Positions 8,517 through 17,987 of a DNA stretch of 64,000 bases are shown piece by piece. A program made the translations under genes and the position numbers. Every line of letters begins with the position of its first letter. Positions within the stretch are counted from its first letter, which is position 1. Source of the DNA: Minisyncoccota bacterium (GTDB taxonomy: Bacteria; Patescibacteriota; Minisyncoccia; Phycocordibacterales; UBA5272); assembly GCA_041666645.1 (NCBI GenBank), contig JBAYGN010000001.1:110276-174275 (forward strand). Reading direction: 5' to 3'. The notes below the pieces were generated by a model. That model was not told where the DNA came from, did not search any database, and worked only from the letters and a program-made list of their open reading frames with translations.

Positions 8517-11500
8517 TTATAGAGACGATTCGCCAATAAGTTTTGCTTCAGTTGATTTAATCTGACGCGGTTCAACATCAAGTGAAAGACCTCGGAGTGT
8601 ATTCAACATAACAGTAAATGATGCTGGGGTACCTGGTTCCTTAACGTCTTCTCCCTTGATAATACTATCGAACGCTTGTGAACGACCAGTGATATCATCA
8701 GACTTAACTGTTAACATTTCACGGAGTATGTGAGCTGCTCCATAACCTTCGAGTGCCCACACTTCCATTTCCCCGAATCTCTGACCTCCACCTTGTGCCT
8801 TTCCACCGAGTGGCTGTTGAGTGATAAGAGAGTAAGGACCGATAGAACGCATGTGAATCTTATCTTCAACCATATGGTGAAGTTTCATAATATACATAAC
8901 ACCAACGGCAGTTTCCTGATTGAAAGCTTCACCTGTACGTCCATCATAAAGCTGTAATGTACCAGTTTCCTTAAATCCTGCCTTTACTAATTCTTCTTTT
9001 ATTTCTGCATCAGATGCTCCTTGGAATGATGGGACAATAGCTTGATAACCTAAAGAGTCCGCAGCAAGTCCTAAGTGCATTTCAAGAATCTGTCCAAGGT
9101 TCATACGTGAAGGCACACCAAGTGGCGTAAGTATGATATCGATTGGATTTCCATCAGCATCAAATGGCATTTCTTCTACTGGGAGAATTGTTGATATAAC
9201 ACCCTTGTTACCGTGACGTCCGGCAAGCTTGTCTCCAACAGAGATGTTACGAACTTGCGCAACTTCAATGTGAATACGCTTAATGATTCCACTTTCAAGA
9301 TGGTCTCCTCTTTCACGTGAGAACACTTTTACACCAATAATACGTCCACGCTTTCCGTGATCAAGACGAAGTGATGAGTCTTTCACATCACGTACCTTTT
9401 CACCAAAAATAGAGCGAAGAAGTCTCTCTTCTGGAGTAAGTTCTGTCTCACCCTTTGGAGTAATTTTACCAACCAAGATATCTCCTGGGCGAACTTCAGC
9501 ACCGATACGAATGATTCCATCTTCATCAAGATTCTTTAGTTTATTTTCACCAACGTTTGGAATGTCGTGAGTTGTAACTTCAGCTCCTAATTTTGTATCA
9601 CGCACGTTACAAACGAATTCTTCAATGTGGATTGATGAGAACTTACTTTCTTTAACTAATTTTTCTGAAAGAATGATAGCATCTTCGTAGTTCGCGCCGT
9701 TCCAAGCCATGAAAGCTACGCGAATGTTATGCCCAAGAGCGATTTGACCATTATCTGATGTTGCTGCATCTGCCAGAACTTGTCCCTTCTTTACTTTGTC
9801 CCCTAATGAGACTGTTGGTCTCTGGTGGAAAAGGTTAAAGGCGTTTGTACGAGCGAAGTTAATCAAATTATATTCATATTCCTTCTTTTCTGACTTGATT
9901 ACAATTTTCTTTGCATCAACATACTTAACCTCACCTGCTTCTTCTGCAATAATAAGACGTCCAATGTGCTTTGCAGCTTCACCTTCCATACCTGTCGCAA
10001 CCAAAGGAGCTTCAGGACACATAAGTGGCACAGCTTGCTTCTGCATGTTTGAACCCATCAGTGCACGTGACGCATCGTCGTGTTCTAGGAAGGGAATCAT
10101 AGATGTCGCAACAGAAAACGCTTGGTTTGTTGCTACGTCAATGAATTCAACCTCTTCACGGAGCGCAAGACCTGGTTGACCAGCTTTACGAACTTCTGTT
10201 TCTGCTTTTACAAGCTTTCCATCTTTGTCAAAATCATTTCCAGCATGCGCAATGATGTATCGTTCTTCTTCAAGAGCGTTCATGTATACGATTTCTTTTG
10301 TAATCTTTCCATCTTTAACTTTTACATATGGTGTTTCGATAATACCAAAATCATTGATACGCGCGTAGTTAGAAAGGCGAAGAATAAGACCGATGTTCGG
10401 ACCTTCTGGAGTGTGGATTGGACAAACACGACCGTAATGAGATGTGTGAACGTCACGAACTTCAAAACCTGCACGTTCACGTGTAAGGCCGCCGGGACCG
10501 AGGGCAGAAAGAGTACGCAAGTGTTCTACTTCTGCAAGTAGGTTTTCTTGGTTCATAAACTGTGAAAGCTGGTTTGTCGTAAAGAATTCCTTAATACGAG
10601 CCTGAAGTGGGCGCTGGTTGATGATAGAAATAGGAAGAGTCGTATCAGTATCAATAACTGACATCTTATCTTGAATGTTACGCTTCATCTGCATCATACC
10701 TGTACGAATCTTTTGTGCCATCATTTCTCCCACGTAACGAACACGACGTGAACCAAGGTGGTCAATATCGTCTTCTTGCGCATTAGGATTATTGTTTAGT
10801 TCAACAATGTGATTGATGATATCCACCATATCCTCCTTTGAAAGAGTGCGGCGTTGAGCTTCTTTATCCTTTGCATCAATAGACTTTCCAAAACGCTTGT
10901 TGAAACGAAAACGTCCAACAGGAGAAAGATCGTAACGTTCAGGAGAAACAATAGAATCAATATGCTCCTTTGCGTTTTCTGGAGTTGCTAGGTCACCATC
11001 ACGGAGACGCTTGTAGATTTCGATATATGCATCATGAACCGTTTTGATTTCATCACGTTCAACGAGTATGTTCATAAGTGGTCCAGAAACTGGGTGACCT
11101 TCAAAAGCCTTCTTGATTTGCTCATCAGATGTAAGTCCGAGAACACGTAGAAGTGCTATAACAGAAAACTTACGCTTCTTGTCGATACGTACATAAATAC
11201 TACCATCTGCTTCTGTGCCTAATTCAATCCAAACACCACGTGAAGGTATTATTTTTGCTCCGAAGTAACGCTTGCCTTTTGTTTCTTCTGAGTCAAAGAA
11301 AACACCGAACGAACGAGCTAGCTGTGGAACAACTACACGTTCAACACCGTTGATAATGAAAGTCCCGTGGACAGTCATCAAAGGGAAATCCGCCATGAAA
11401 ATCTCCTGTTCTTTAGAGGTGTTCAAAATTTTATTAGTCAACTTAACACGAGCCCGAAGTGGCGCTTCGTATGTTAATTTATTTTCCTTAGCATATACTT

Positions 11501-11735
11501 CATCGTATTTTGCTGGTGAGAGTTCAAAAGAAATGAACTCAAGGTCAAACTTCTTCTCTGAATAGTCACGTAGTGGTGAGAACTCACGGAAGATTTCGAC
11601 AATACCTTTTTCGGTAAGGTCTTTGTATGAAAGAATCTGATTTTCGACGAGATTCGGTAATTTAGTGAGTGGCTCACGATATTTCCCAAAAGTTTTCTGT
11701 GGACGAGAACCTGCTGACAAGTGTGTTTTTGGCAT
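8517..11735 (-). CDS. rpoB: DNA-directed RNA polymerase subunit beta
   Basis: 1072 aa. Motifs GRHGNKGVIS, GEMEVWALEGYGAA, NMQKQAVPL. Confidence 0.98.
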   Translation of the reverse strand: MPKTHLSAGSRPQKTFGKYREPLTKLPNLVENQILSYKDLTEKGIVEIFREFSPLRDYSEKKFDLEFISFELSPAKYDEVYAKENKLTYEAPLRARVKLTNKILNTSKEQEIFMADFPLMTVHGTFIINGVERVVVPQLARSFGVFFDSEETKGKRYFGAKIIPSRGVWIELGTEADGSIYVRIDKKRKFSVIALLRVLGLTSDEQIKKAFEGHPVSGPLMNILVERDEIKTVHDAYIEIYKRLRDGDLATPENAKEHIDSIVSPERYDLSPVGRFRFNKRFGKSIDAKDKEAQRRTLSKEDMVDIINHIVELNNNPNAQEDDIDHLGSRRVRYVGEMMAQKIRTGMMQMKRNIQDKMSVIDTDTTLPISIINQRPLQARIKEFFTTNQLSQFMNQENLLAEVEHLRTLSALGPGGLTRERAGFEVRDVHTSHYGRVCPIHTPEGPNIGLILRLSNYARINDFGIIETPYVKVKDGKITKEIVYMNALEEERYIIAHAGNDFDKDGKLVKAETEVRKAGQPGLALREEVEFIDVATNQAFSVATSMIPFLEHDDASRALMGSNMQKQAVPLMCPEAPLVATGMEGEAAKHIGRLIIAEEAGEVKYVDAKKIVIKSEKKEYEYNLINFARTNAFNLFHQRPTVSLGDKVKKGQVLADAATSDNGQIALGHNIRVAFMAWNGANYEDAIILSEKLVKESKFSSIHIEEFVCNVRDTKLGAEVTTHDIPNVGENKLKNLDEDGIIRIGAEVRPGDILVGKITPKGETELTPEERLLRSIFGEKVRDVKDSSLRLDHGKRGRIIGVKVFSRERGDHLESGIIKRIHIEVAQVRNISVGDKLAGRHGNKGVISTILPVEEMPFDADGNPIDIILTPLGVPSRMNLGQILEMHLGLAADSLGYQAIVPSFQGASDAEIKEELVKAGFKETGTLQLYDGRTGEAFNQETAVGVMYIMKLHHMVEDKIHMRSIGPYSLITQQPLGGKAQGGGQRFGEMEVWALEGYGAAHILREMLTVKSDDITGRSQAFDSIIKGEDVKEPGTPASFTVMLNTLRGLSLDVEPRQIKSTEAKLIGESSL

Positions 11736-12020
11736 AACGACAAATTTGACTAAACCAGCTTTCGCCGATTTAGCTTACTTTATAAAATAGATAAACCCTG
11801 ATAATTTCTAACGTTTCCTAGGTAATTCACTATTTATTGTCCTCGCTCGTTACTCAATCAGTGGTCAATAGTCCGCGCATTATAACAGGATATTTGGTAA
11901 ATAGCAACAGATAATATAAGAAAAAATGGGGATAAAAACAATCAAAAAAAGTGACTAAAATGCATTTTTATGTTGAATCTCTGTTGAATCTCTTTGGGGA
12001 GTAAAAGATATAACAATAAT

Positions 12021-12611
12021 TTATAAACCTTTTAGATTTTTGAAATCTTCAAACAGTGTTCCTCTTAATTTCTGATTGTATATTGCAGCAGCTGGATGAT
12101 ATAGAGGTAATAATTTAACTTTCAAACCATCAATCTCACCTTCAAACATTTTTCCATGCATCTGCCCTATCATTTGTAATTTTTCTTTGACCCCTGCTCT
12201 TTCAAAGAGATAATTCATACTAAGTCTACCTAACATGACAATCACTTTTGGTTTGATAATTTTTATTTGTTCATCTAAAAATGGGGAATATAAAATAATC
12301 TCTTCTTTGTTTGGGTCACGATTATCATGCGGTCTATCATTTACAAGGTTTGTAATATAAATATCTAAGCGAGACAACCCTATAGACAAAAGCATCTCGT
12401 CGAGTAACTTCCCTGAACGTCCACAAAAAGGTTTACCTGTTGCAGCTTCATTTTTACCAGGTGCTTCACCCACAAACATTATGTGAGCATCTAGTGATCC
12501 TTCCCCAATAACTGGAATATAATTGTTTTCTTTACGATAATTATATAGCGGCGACTTTTTGAGATTATCTATTTTCTTTTTTACTCCTGCAATCATTTCA
12601 GATTTGTTCAT
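12021..12611 (-). CDS. Uracil-DNA glycosylase, family 4
   Basis: 196 aa. Motif A is GEAPGKNEAATGKPFCGRSG; motif B is LYHPAAAIY. A TATAAT box lies 6 nt upstream of the ATG (12618-12623). Confidence 0.85.
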   Translation of the reverse strand: MNKSEMIAGVKKKIDNLKKSPLYNYRKENNYIPVIGEGSLDAHIMFVGEAPGKNEAATGKPFCGRSGKLLDEMLLSIGLSRLDIYITNLVNDRPHDNRDPNKEEIILYSPFLDEQIKIIKPKVIVMLGRLSMNYLFERAGVKEKLQMIGQMHGKMFEGEIDGLKVKLLPLYHPAAAIYNQKLRGTLFEDFKNLKGL

Positions 12612-12623
12612 ATGTACATTATA

Positions 12624-12660
12624 GCAAAAAGCGCGAAACCTTTGGTTTCGCGCTTTTTGC
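12624..12660 (-). terminator. Intrinsic terminator after the DUF305-like gene
   Basis: GCAAAAAGCGCGAAACC ttt GGTTTCGCGCTTTTTGC, a perfect 17-bp palindromic hairpin. Confidence 0.75.
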
Positions 12661-12670
12661 TACTTTATAT

Positions 12671-13063
12671 TTATTTCCAATTATTTAATAAATCATTCAT
12701 CATTTTTATTTCAGATGTCTGAGTATTGATTATATCCTCCGCAAGTTTCTTTATTGCTTCGCGTGGACTAAGTTTTAGTACCTTTTGGGACATAAATACT
12801 GCTGCATTATGATGTTTTACCATATCTTCGACAAATTCCTTTTCTGAAGTTATTTCTCCTGAAAAATATGAGTTAGGTCCGCCCATCTGATTTATGTTTA
12901 CTGTATCATCCATCATGTTTCTGTATCTTTTCATGTTATAAGCACGAATCATTTCAGGTCCACTTGGAACAAGAGCTGAGAAAATGAACATACTAATAAA
13001 TGCGCCGAAAATACCTCCGACTATAAGACTCTTTACGTTGTAGCTTTCAATAATTTTTTTCAT
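12671..13063 (-). CDS. DUF305-like protein with an N-terminal TM helix
   Basis: The track ORF starts at a GTG at 13081. I prefer the ATG at 13063 (MKKIIESY...) because 13081-13113 forms the upstream terminator hairpin. The motif DMVKHHNAAVFMSQ resembles the DUF305 HH motif. Confidence 0.6.
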   Translation of the reverse strand: MKKIIESYNVKSLIVGGIFGAFISMFIFSALVPSGPEMIRAYNMKRYRNMMDDTVNINQMGGPNSYFSGEITSEKEFVEDMVKHHNAAVFMSQKVLKLSPREAIKKLAEDIINTQTSEIKMMNDLLNNWK

Positions 13064-13080
13064 ATACACAAAGTCTAACA

Positions 13081-13113
13081 CATAAAAATCACACGTTATG
13101 TGTGATTTTTATG
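13081..13113 (-). terminator. Intrinsic terminator after the peroxiredoxin gene
   Basis: CATAAAAATCACAC gtta GTGTGATTTTTATG hairpin. Confidence 0.6.
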
Positions 13114-13137
13114 TGTTATCAACATTATTGATAATAT

Positions 13138-13686
13138 TTAACTTTTTCTAGAAACCTCAAGATAATTAAGCATTGTGAAAGCATCACTGGCTTCGAACGG
13201 ATCATTAGGACAATTATCAGAAAAACCAGGCTCAACAAACATCTTCTTTATTATTCCATCTTCCACCAACATTGAGTATCTCCATGAACGATTTCCGAAT
13301 CCTAAGTTTTCTTTCTTTACAAGCATACCCATTCCTCGTGTAAAATCTCCATTTCCATCTGGAAGCATAAACACCTTTTCTAGACCAAGATGTTTCTTCC
13401 ATTGAAACATAACAAAAGCATCGTTAACAGAAAGACAAATAACTTCATCTACTCCGAGCGCTTTTATTTCATCATATTTTTCCTCATACCCAGGAGCATG
13501 AGTTGATGAACATGTCGGTGTAAAAGCACCAGGTAGAGCAAATACTACAATTTTCTTACCTTTAAAAATCTCATCTGTTGAAAGATCTTTCCAAAGATAA
13601 GGATTTTCTCCCCCAAAAGAAGCATCTCGAACACGGGTCTTGAAGACTACTTGTGGGACTGAAGCGCCTTCTGTTAATTGATTCAT
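13138..13686 (-). CDS. Peroxiredoxin (Prx5-like subfamily of AhpC/TSA)
   Basis: 182 aa. The motif ALPGAFTPTCS contains the peroxidatic Cys. Confidence 0.85.
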   Translation of the reverse strand: MNQLTEGASVPQVVFKTRVRDASFGGENPYLWKDLSTDEIFKGKKIVVFALPGAFTPTCSSTHAPGYEEKYDEIKALGVDEVICLSVNDAFVMFQWKKHLGLEKVFMLPDGNGDFTRGMGMLVKKENLGFGNRSWRYSMLVEDGIIKKMFVEPGFSDNCPNDPFEASDAFTMLNYLEVSRKS

Positions 13687-13811
13687 AATTTTAATTTTAA
13701 TTTTTAATTTTTATAAAACACTTTATTTAAAACACGATTCATCACTTCAATCATTACAGGCTTTCTATGTGTTTTTTCTACTTGTAGAGTACCACATTTC
13801 TTAAAATATTT

Positions 13812-14014
13812 AAAATAAAAAACAGAAACATTAAATTGTTTCTGTAGGAGTACTGAAGATTGTTATTGCTGACCTTATCAACTTTGTTTCAGCTTAACCA
13901 GGCTTACTAAGCGTCGGACCAGACAGTTTCCTGGCTGGGGATTGATCATAAAGGCGCATTAGCTGATCAGACTAACTTCTCACCGGTTCACGCCACAATA
14001 ACAACTTCAATACA
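13812..14014 (-). ncRNA. Candidate ~200-nt independent RNA gene (rod-like fold, class unknown)
   Basis: Its own promoter lies at 14021-14049. A 13-bp closing stem GAAGTTGTTATTG / CAATAACA-ATCTTC (14008-13996 with 13868-13855) encloses a GC-rich core. The core includes the hairpin CCAGCCAG-GAAA-CTGTCTGG. The RNA ends in the terminator ACAGAAACA atttaa TGTTTCTGT followed by TTTTTTATTTT (13845-13812). Confidence 0.6.
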
Positions 14015-14020
14015 TAAAAG

Positions 14021-14049
14021 ATGTTATACAAAATTAAATATTTTGTCAA
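14021..14049 (-). promoter_or_regulatory. Promoter TTGACA-17 nt-TAACAT for the candidate RNA
   Basis: On the plus strand this is tgtcaa at 14044-14049 and atgtta at 14021-14026. Confidence 0.5.
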
Positions 14050-14052
14050 AAC

Positions 14053-14079
14053 AAAAGCGGCGCTGGAGGCGCCGCTTTT
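14053..14079 (-). terminator. Intrinsic terminator after the DEAD-box helicase gene
   Basis: AAAAGCGGCGC tggag GCGCCGCTTTT hairpin, bidirectional in shape. Confidence 0.75.
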
Positions 14080-14089
14080 GTGTTTATAA

Positions 14090-15451
14090 TTATCGTCTAG
14101 GAACAAATGTCAATGCATGTCCCAATTTTTTTGCTCTACCTGTACGACCAATACGGTGAATATAAGTCTCGTAGTTATTTGGAATATCATAGTTCACTAC
14201 AAGTGAAATATCTGAAATATCCAAACCACGAGCAGCAACGTCTGTCGCAATAACAACTTGAACCTTTCCAGCTTCAAGAGCCTTAACAGCACGCTCACGC
14301 TCACGGTTATGCATGTCACCATGTAAAGCTAGAGCTTTGAACCCACGCTTGTTAAGTTCTGCCGCAAGACCATCCACGTGTCTTTTCATTTCACGGAAAA
14401 TAAGTACCTTAGAATACTCTGGCTTAAGAAGAATCTCGTGTAGAGCTTCAACTTTTTCAGCATCAGTATTCACACGTACTACATCCTGCATAACAGATGA
14501 CGCTGTATCACGTGATTTAACAGAAACAGTGATTGGATTATTTAGGAAGTCAGAACATAGTCTCTTAATTTCTGGAGAGAACGTCGCAGAGAAGAATAGT
14601 CCCTGCTTTGTCTTTGGCATTGCACCAAGAATAGAACGCATATCATCAATGAATCCCATATCTAGCATACGGTCAGCTTCATCAAGTACGATACTGTCAA
14701 AATATTCCATTCTGATTTTACCTCTTTCGATAAGATCCTTTACACGTCCTGGTGTGCCAATAACGGCGTTAACACCAAGTTCTAATTCTTTAATCTGACG
14801 CATGATTGGAGAACCACCAACACAAGAAACAGAGAAAAGTTTCATACCACGAGTAAACGCTACGAACTCAGCCTCAACCTGTTGAGCAAGTTCACGTGTT
14901 GGACAAAGTACCATCATTTTGTGGTCTTTATCAGCAACAAGCTTGTTGATTAGAGGAATTAAGAACGCAGCAGTTTTACCTGTTCCAGTTGACGCAATAC
15001 CAATAACATCTTTTCCTGAAAGTACTTCTGGAATTGATTGGTCTTGGATTGGTGAAGGTGTAACAAGTCCTTTTGCTGTTAGGTTAGCAGAAAGTTGTTC
15101 ATTGATACCAAAATCTATAAATGCGTGCTTTGGTGTGTAGTGATCTACTTCTGTAACTCCAGCTTCTTTATTAATAAAAAGTTTTTCATCAATGTAGTCC
15201 TTCTTGAAACTTCTCTTTGCATTGAAAGCACGAGGAGCTCCTTGTGAACCACCACGTGAGAATCCTCCGCGTGATGGACCACGTGAAGAGTAACCTCCGC
15301 GTGATGATGATTGTCCACGAGAAAATCCACCTTGTGAAGAGTGAGGAGCTCTATCTCCACGAGATGATGAATAAGACGAACGAGAACGAGATTGTGAGTC
15401 AGAAGACCCACCTGTTGTAATGGTGTACATAATTTTATATGAGGAACTCAA
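14090..15451 (-). CDS. DEAD-box ATP-dependent RNA helicase with an N-terminal Ser/Arg/Gly-rich low-complexity region
   Basis: Motifs ASTGTGKTAAF, VLDEADRMLDMGF, FSAT, HRIGRTGRA. The track start at 15451 is a TTG; the first ATG is at 15430 (MYTITTGG...). Confidence 0.92.
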   Translation of the reverse strand: MSSSYKIMYTITTGGSSDSQSRSRSSYSSSRGDRAPHSSQGGFSRGQSSSRGGYSSRGPSRGGFSRGGSQGAPRAFNAKRSFKKDYIDEKLFINKEAGVTEVDHYTPKHAFIDFGINEQLSANLTAKGLVTPSPIQDQSIPEVLSGKDVIGIASTGTGKTAAFLIPLINKLVADKDHKMMVLCPTRELAQQVEAEFVAFTRGMKLFSVSCVGGSPIMRQIKELELGVNAVIGTPGRVKDLIERGKIRMEYFDSIVLDEADRMLDMGFIDDMRSILGAMPKTKQGLFFSATFSPEIKRLCSDFLNNPITVSVKSRDTASSVMQDVVRVNTDAEKVEALHEILLKPEYSKVLIFREMKRHVDGLAAELNKRGFKALALHGDMHNRERERAVKALEAGKVQVVIATDVAARGLDISDISLVVNYDIPNNYETYIHRIGRTGRAKKLGHALTFVPRR

Positions 15452-15636
15452 AAAATAAGAGTCCTGTTTAGGTTAATATTTGATTATTTGCGCTCTGCTT
15501 CCTTTTGTTGAAAGACTCGTCTACCTAGGGGGTAGATTTATGGTTAGCCACAACGCGTCAAATAAAAACTGACTACACATGGATATCCATAAGGAAATAA
15601 TATGTACAGTATAGCAAACTATTTCTTATTTGTCAA

Positions 15637-16383
15637 CTATTTATGTAAAACCACCACAAACTCGTGCTCGTATGGATCTCGAATAAAAGAGTAATTTGTC
15701 CAACCATTTTCTATGGCGAGTTGTTCGATTTGTTCGCGTTGAGTGATATCAAACTCTAAATATAAAGTTCCGCCTTCTTTCAAGAATTCTTTGGCGTGAC
15801 TGAGTACTTGCTTATGATAATAATAACCATCTTCCTTATCAAAAAACGAAAGAGGCGATTCAGCAGACAGCTCTTTCATTACTTCTTCTTTCATTTGTGG
15901 TGGAACATACGGTGGAACTGCAAAAATATAATCATATAATCCTACTGCGCCTTCGAATCCATCCCCTGTTAATACACGCGTGCGGGTCTTCTTTATGTTG
16001 TTTCTTAATATAGATATCTCAATCTGTTCGTTTAACTTCGGATCAAGTTCAATCATGTCCACTGTTGATTCCGGAATATTTTTTAGAATTGCGAGACCAA
16101 TATTTCCTGAACCAGAAAACAAATCCAGCACTCGAAGTGTATAAAAACTTTTACCGTTTTGAATTTCTTCTATTGCTTGCTTGACCCAGTGTTCTGTCTC
16201 GGGACGTGGAATCATGGGACGAAGTGAGAGGTTGATTTTTGCACCGCAAAAATCAACCTCACCTAACAGGTATTCAAAGGCTTCCCCTTTTGCAATTTTG
16301 ATTACATCTTCCAAGAACTCTGGAGTTTCTCGCCCGCTGTATTTTTGTATACGAAGTATTTCTACTTTTTTTTCAAATTTCAT
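15637..16383 (-). CDS. HemK/PrmC-like class I SAM-dependent methyltransferase (variant VPPY motif)
   Basis: 248 aa. MIPRPETEHWV, SAM motif I LDLFSGSGNIGLA, and IFAVPPYVP where PrmC has NPPY. An SD-like AGGGGG lies 8 nt upstream. Confidence 0.65.
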   Translation of the reverse strand: MKFEKKVEILRIQKYSGRETPEFLEDVIKIAKGEAFEYLLGEVDFCGAKINLSLRPMIPRPETEHWVKQAIEEIQNGKSFYTLRVLDLFSGSGNIGLAILKNIPESTVDMIELDPKLNEQIEISILRNNIKKTRTRVLTGDGFEGAVGLYDYIFAVPPYVPPQMKEEVMKELSAESPLSFFDKEDGYYYHKQVLSHAKEFLKEGGTLYLEFDITQREQIEQLAIENGWTNYSFIRDPYEHEFVVVLHK

Positions 16384-16388
16384 ACTAA

Positions 16389-17288
16389 TTACCCCCTGAC
16401 TCTTTGAACTACCCGCACAGTAGATTTTTCACATTTTTCACTACAAAATCCAGAGCCTTCAGTTGACATACAATTATTACAAATCAAAAACAACATATTA
16501 CATTCGGCATTTGCGCAGTTTTGGTACTGTTCATTTGGTGCATCGCAACGTTTACATTTTCCTATAACTTCTCTATCTCCACCAAAATCCATAACTAGTC
16601 TGTCGTCAAAAGTAAAAAGTGTTCCCAAGAAATCCTTTCCTGGATATTTTTCCATATAAGAATGCATTCCTCCGTCTAGTTGATACACATTTTCTTTATC
16701 AAAACCCTCATGGAGGAGATAAGCTGACATTTTTTCACAACGTACACCACCAGTACATACAGTAAGGATTGTTTTACCTTCTGTCTCTTTTTTTATTTTC
16801 TCAATCAAATCTGGCAATTCACGTGAAGCTATCATACCTGGGTCAATTGATTTCTGAAAATGTCCAGATTCAAATTCATATGAGTTACGCATATCAACTA
16901 CCACAAAATCTTTGTCTTCTTTATACCATCTACGGAGTTCTTCTGGTTTTAAGTATTTACCTGTTTGTTTTGTTGGATCAACTTCTTTTGGAAAACGTGT
17001 AGCTACTATCTCATTACGGACTTTAATGGAAAGACGTGGGAAAGAGGCTCCAGTCCCTTCACTTCGTTTAATTTGTACATCGGCAAATCTTTCATCTTTT
17101 AAAAATTCTTTCAAAAAGTTTTCTGTATCTTCAACTGCTCCTTCGGCAGTAAAGTTTAGTCCTTCTTCTGCCACAATAATTCTTCCATTTAAATTAAAGT
17201 GCGTGCATAGCGAAATAAGTACGTTTTTTAATTGTAACGGATCAGCAACAGTAACATATTTATAAAAAAGAAGTACTTGATATTTCAT
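16389..17288 (-). CDS. trhO: Rhodanese-domain tRNA uridine(34) hydroxylase family protein (UPF0176/YceA)
   Basis: 299 aa. N-terminus MKYQVLLFYKY, rhodanese active-site loop CTGGVRCEK, C-terminal Cys-rich tail. Confidence 0.85.
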   Translation of the reverse strand: MKYQVLLFYKYVTVADPLQLKNVLISLCTHFNLNGRIIVAEEGLNFTAEGAVEDTENFLKEFLKDERFADVQIKRSEGTGASFPRLSIKVRNEIVATRFPKEVDPTKQTGKYLKPEELRRWYKEDKDFVVVDMRNSYEFESGHFQKSIDPGMIASRELPDLIEKIKKETEGKTILTVCTGGVRCEKMSAYLLHEGFDKENVYQLDGGMHSYMEKYPGKDFLGTLFTFDDRLVMDFGGDREVIGKCKRCDAPNEQYQNCANAECNMLFLICNNCMSTEGSGFCSEKCEKSTVRVVQRVRG

Positions 17289-17331
17289 ATTTTGATTCTA
17301 ACAGAAATACTTATAACACAAAAGAAACTAG

Positions 17332-17757
17332 CTAATTAAAATATTTAGGCATTACACTTCTTAAAATATCTGTAACTCTTTTAAGTTCTTCATCTGACGC
17401 AGTCTGAGTAAGTTCTGGGTTAGTATCAGATTTCCATACTCCACCTTTTTCTCTCCAAATAGGCATGATATGCATGTGAACGTGGTCAATTTGAAAACCA
17501 TCAATTGCTACTCCTACACGTTCTGGACTATAAATATCTTCAAGAACTTTCGCATACTTTTGTGCAATAACTGCCATGTGAGAAAAAATATCGTGATCCA
17601 ATTCTTCAAATCTACTAACTTCTTTAATTGGAACAATTAAAGAATGTCCTTCTGTGTGAGGGTTTCTTGCAAGAAAAATAAAAACTTTATCGTCTTCATA
17701 AAAAACCTCTTGGCCTGGAATTTCTTTTCTGAGTATTTGTGTGAAAGTTGATGACAT
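17332..17757 (-). CDS. HIT family nucleotide hydrolase
   Basis: 141 aa with the histidine triad HVHMHIMP. Confidence 0.85.
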   Translation of the reverse strand: MSSTFTQILRKEIPGQEVFYEDDKVFIFLARNPHTEGHSLIVPIKEVSRFEELDHDIFSHMAVIAQKYAKVLEDIYSPERVGVAIDGFQIDHVHMHIMPIWREKGGVWKSDTNPELTQTASDEELKRVTDILRSVMPKYFN

Positions 17758-17782
17758 ATTATTAGATTATAACATTTTCCTT

Positions 17783-17920
17783 AAAATAAAATGGGTAGAC
17801 CTTAAAAAGGTCCACCCAACACTCTACCTTTTGGTATATGGGAACTCACTTCCAATACCTCCCACCTCTCTCACGAAAAGGCGCTCACAGGTTTATGGAA
17901 CGGTTACCACAGGTTCGTGT
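17783..17920 (-). ncRNA. Candidate ~140-nt RNA or leader upstream of the HIT gene
   Basis: A TATAAT lies at 17927-17932 on the minus strand, with a weak -35. The region has internal pairing CACGAA...TTCGTG. It ends in the hairpin GGGTGGACCTT ttt AAGGTCTACCC followed by ATTTTATTTT. Confidence 0.35.
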
Positions 17921-17987
17921 GTAAGTATTATACAACAATTTAACTACTTGAAAGATACTGTATATGTGGTAAAATGTTTAGGTTCAG

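Noticed and set aside
8730-11565. Multiple 70-140 aa ORFs antisense to or out of frame within rpoB; the same occurs in rpoC, dnaG, rpoD, ligA and the pil genes
   Set aside because: They are fully embedded in long, motif-rich genes on the other strand or frame, and are typical shadow ORFs of AT-rich DNA.
11972-11993. Tandem 11-nt duplication GTTGAATCTCT x2 upstream of rpoB
   Set aside because: There are only two copies, with no associated structure or gene. It is most simply replication slippage, though it lies in the rpoB promoter region.
13855-14008. Calling the rod-like RNA an SRP (4.5S) RNA
   Set aside because: It has a GNRA-capped apical hairpin, but the conserved helix 8 3'-side AGCA-containing motif and the symmetric-loop context are absent on both strands.
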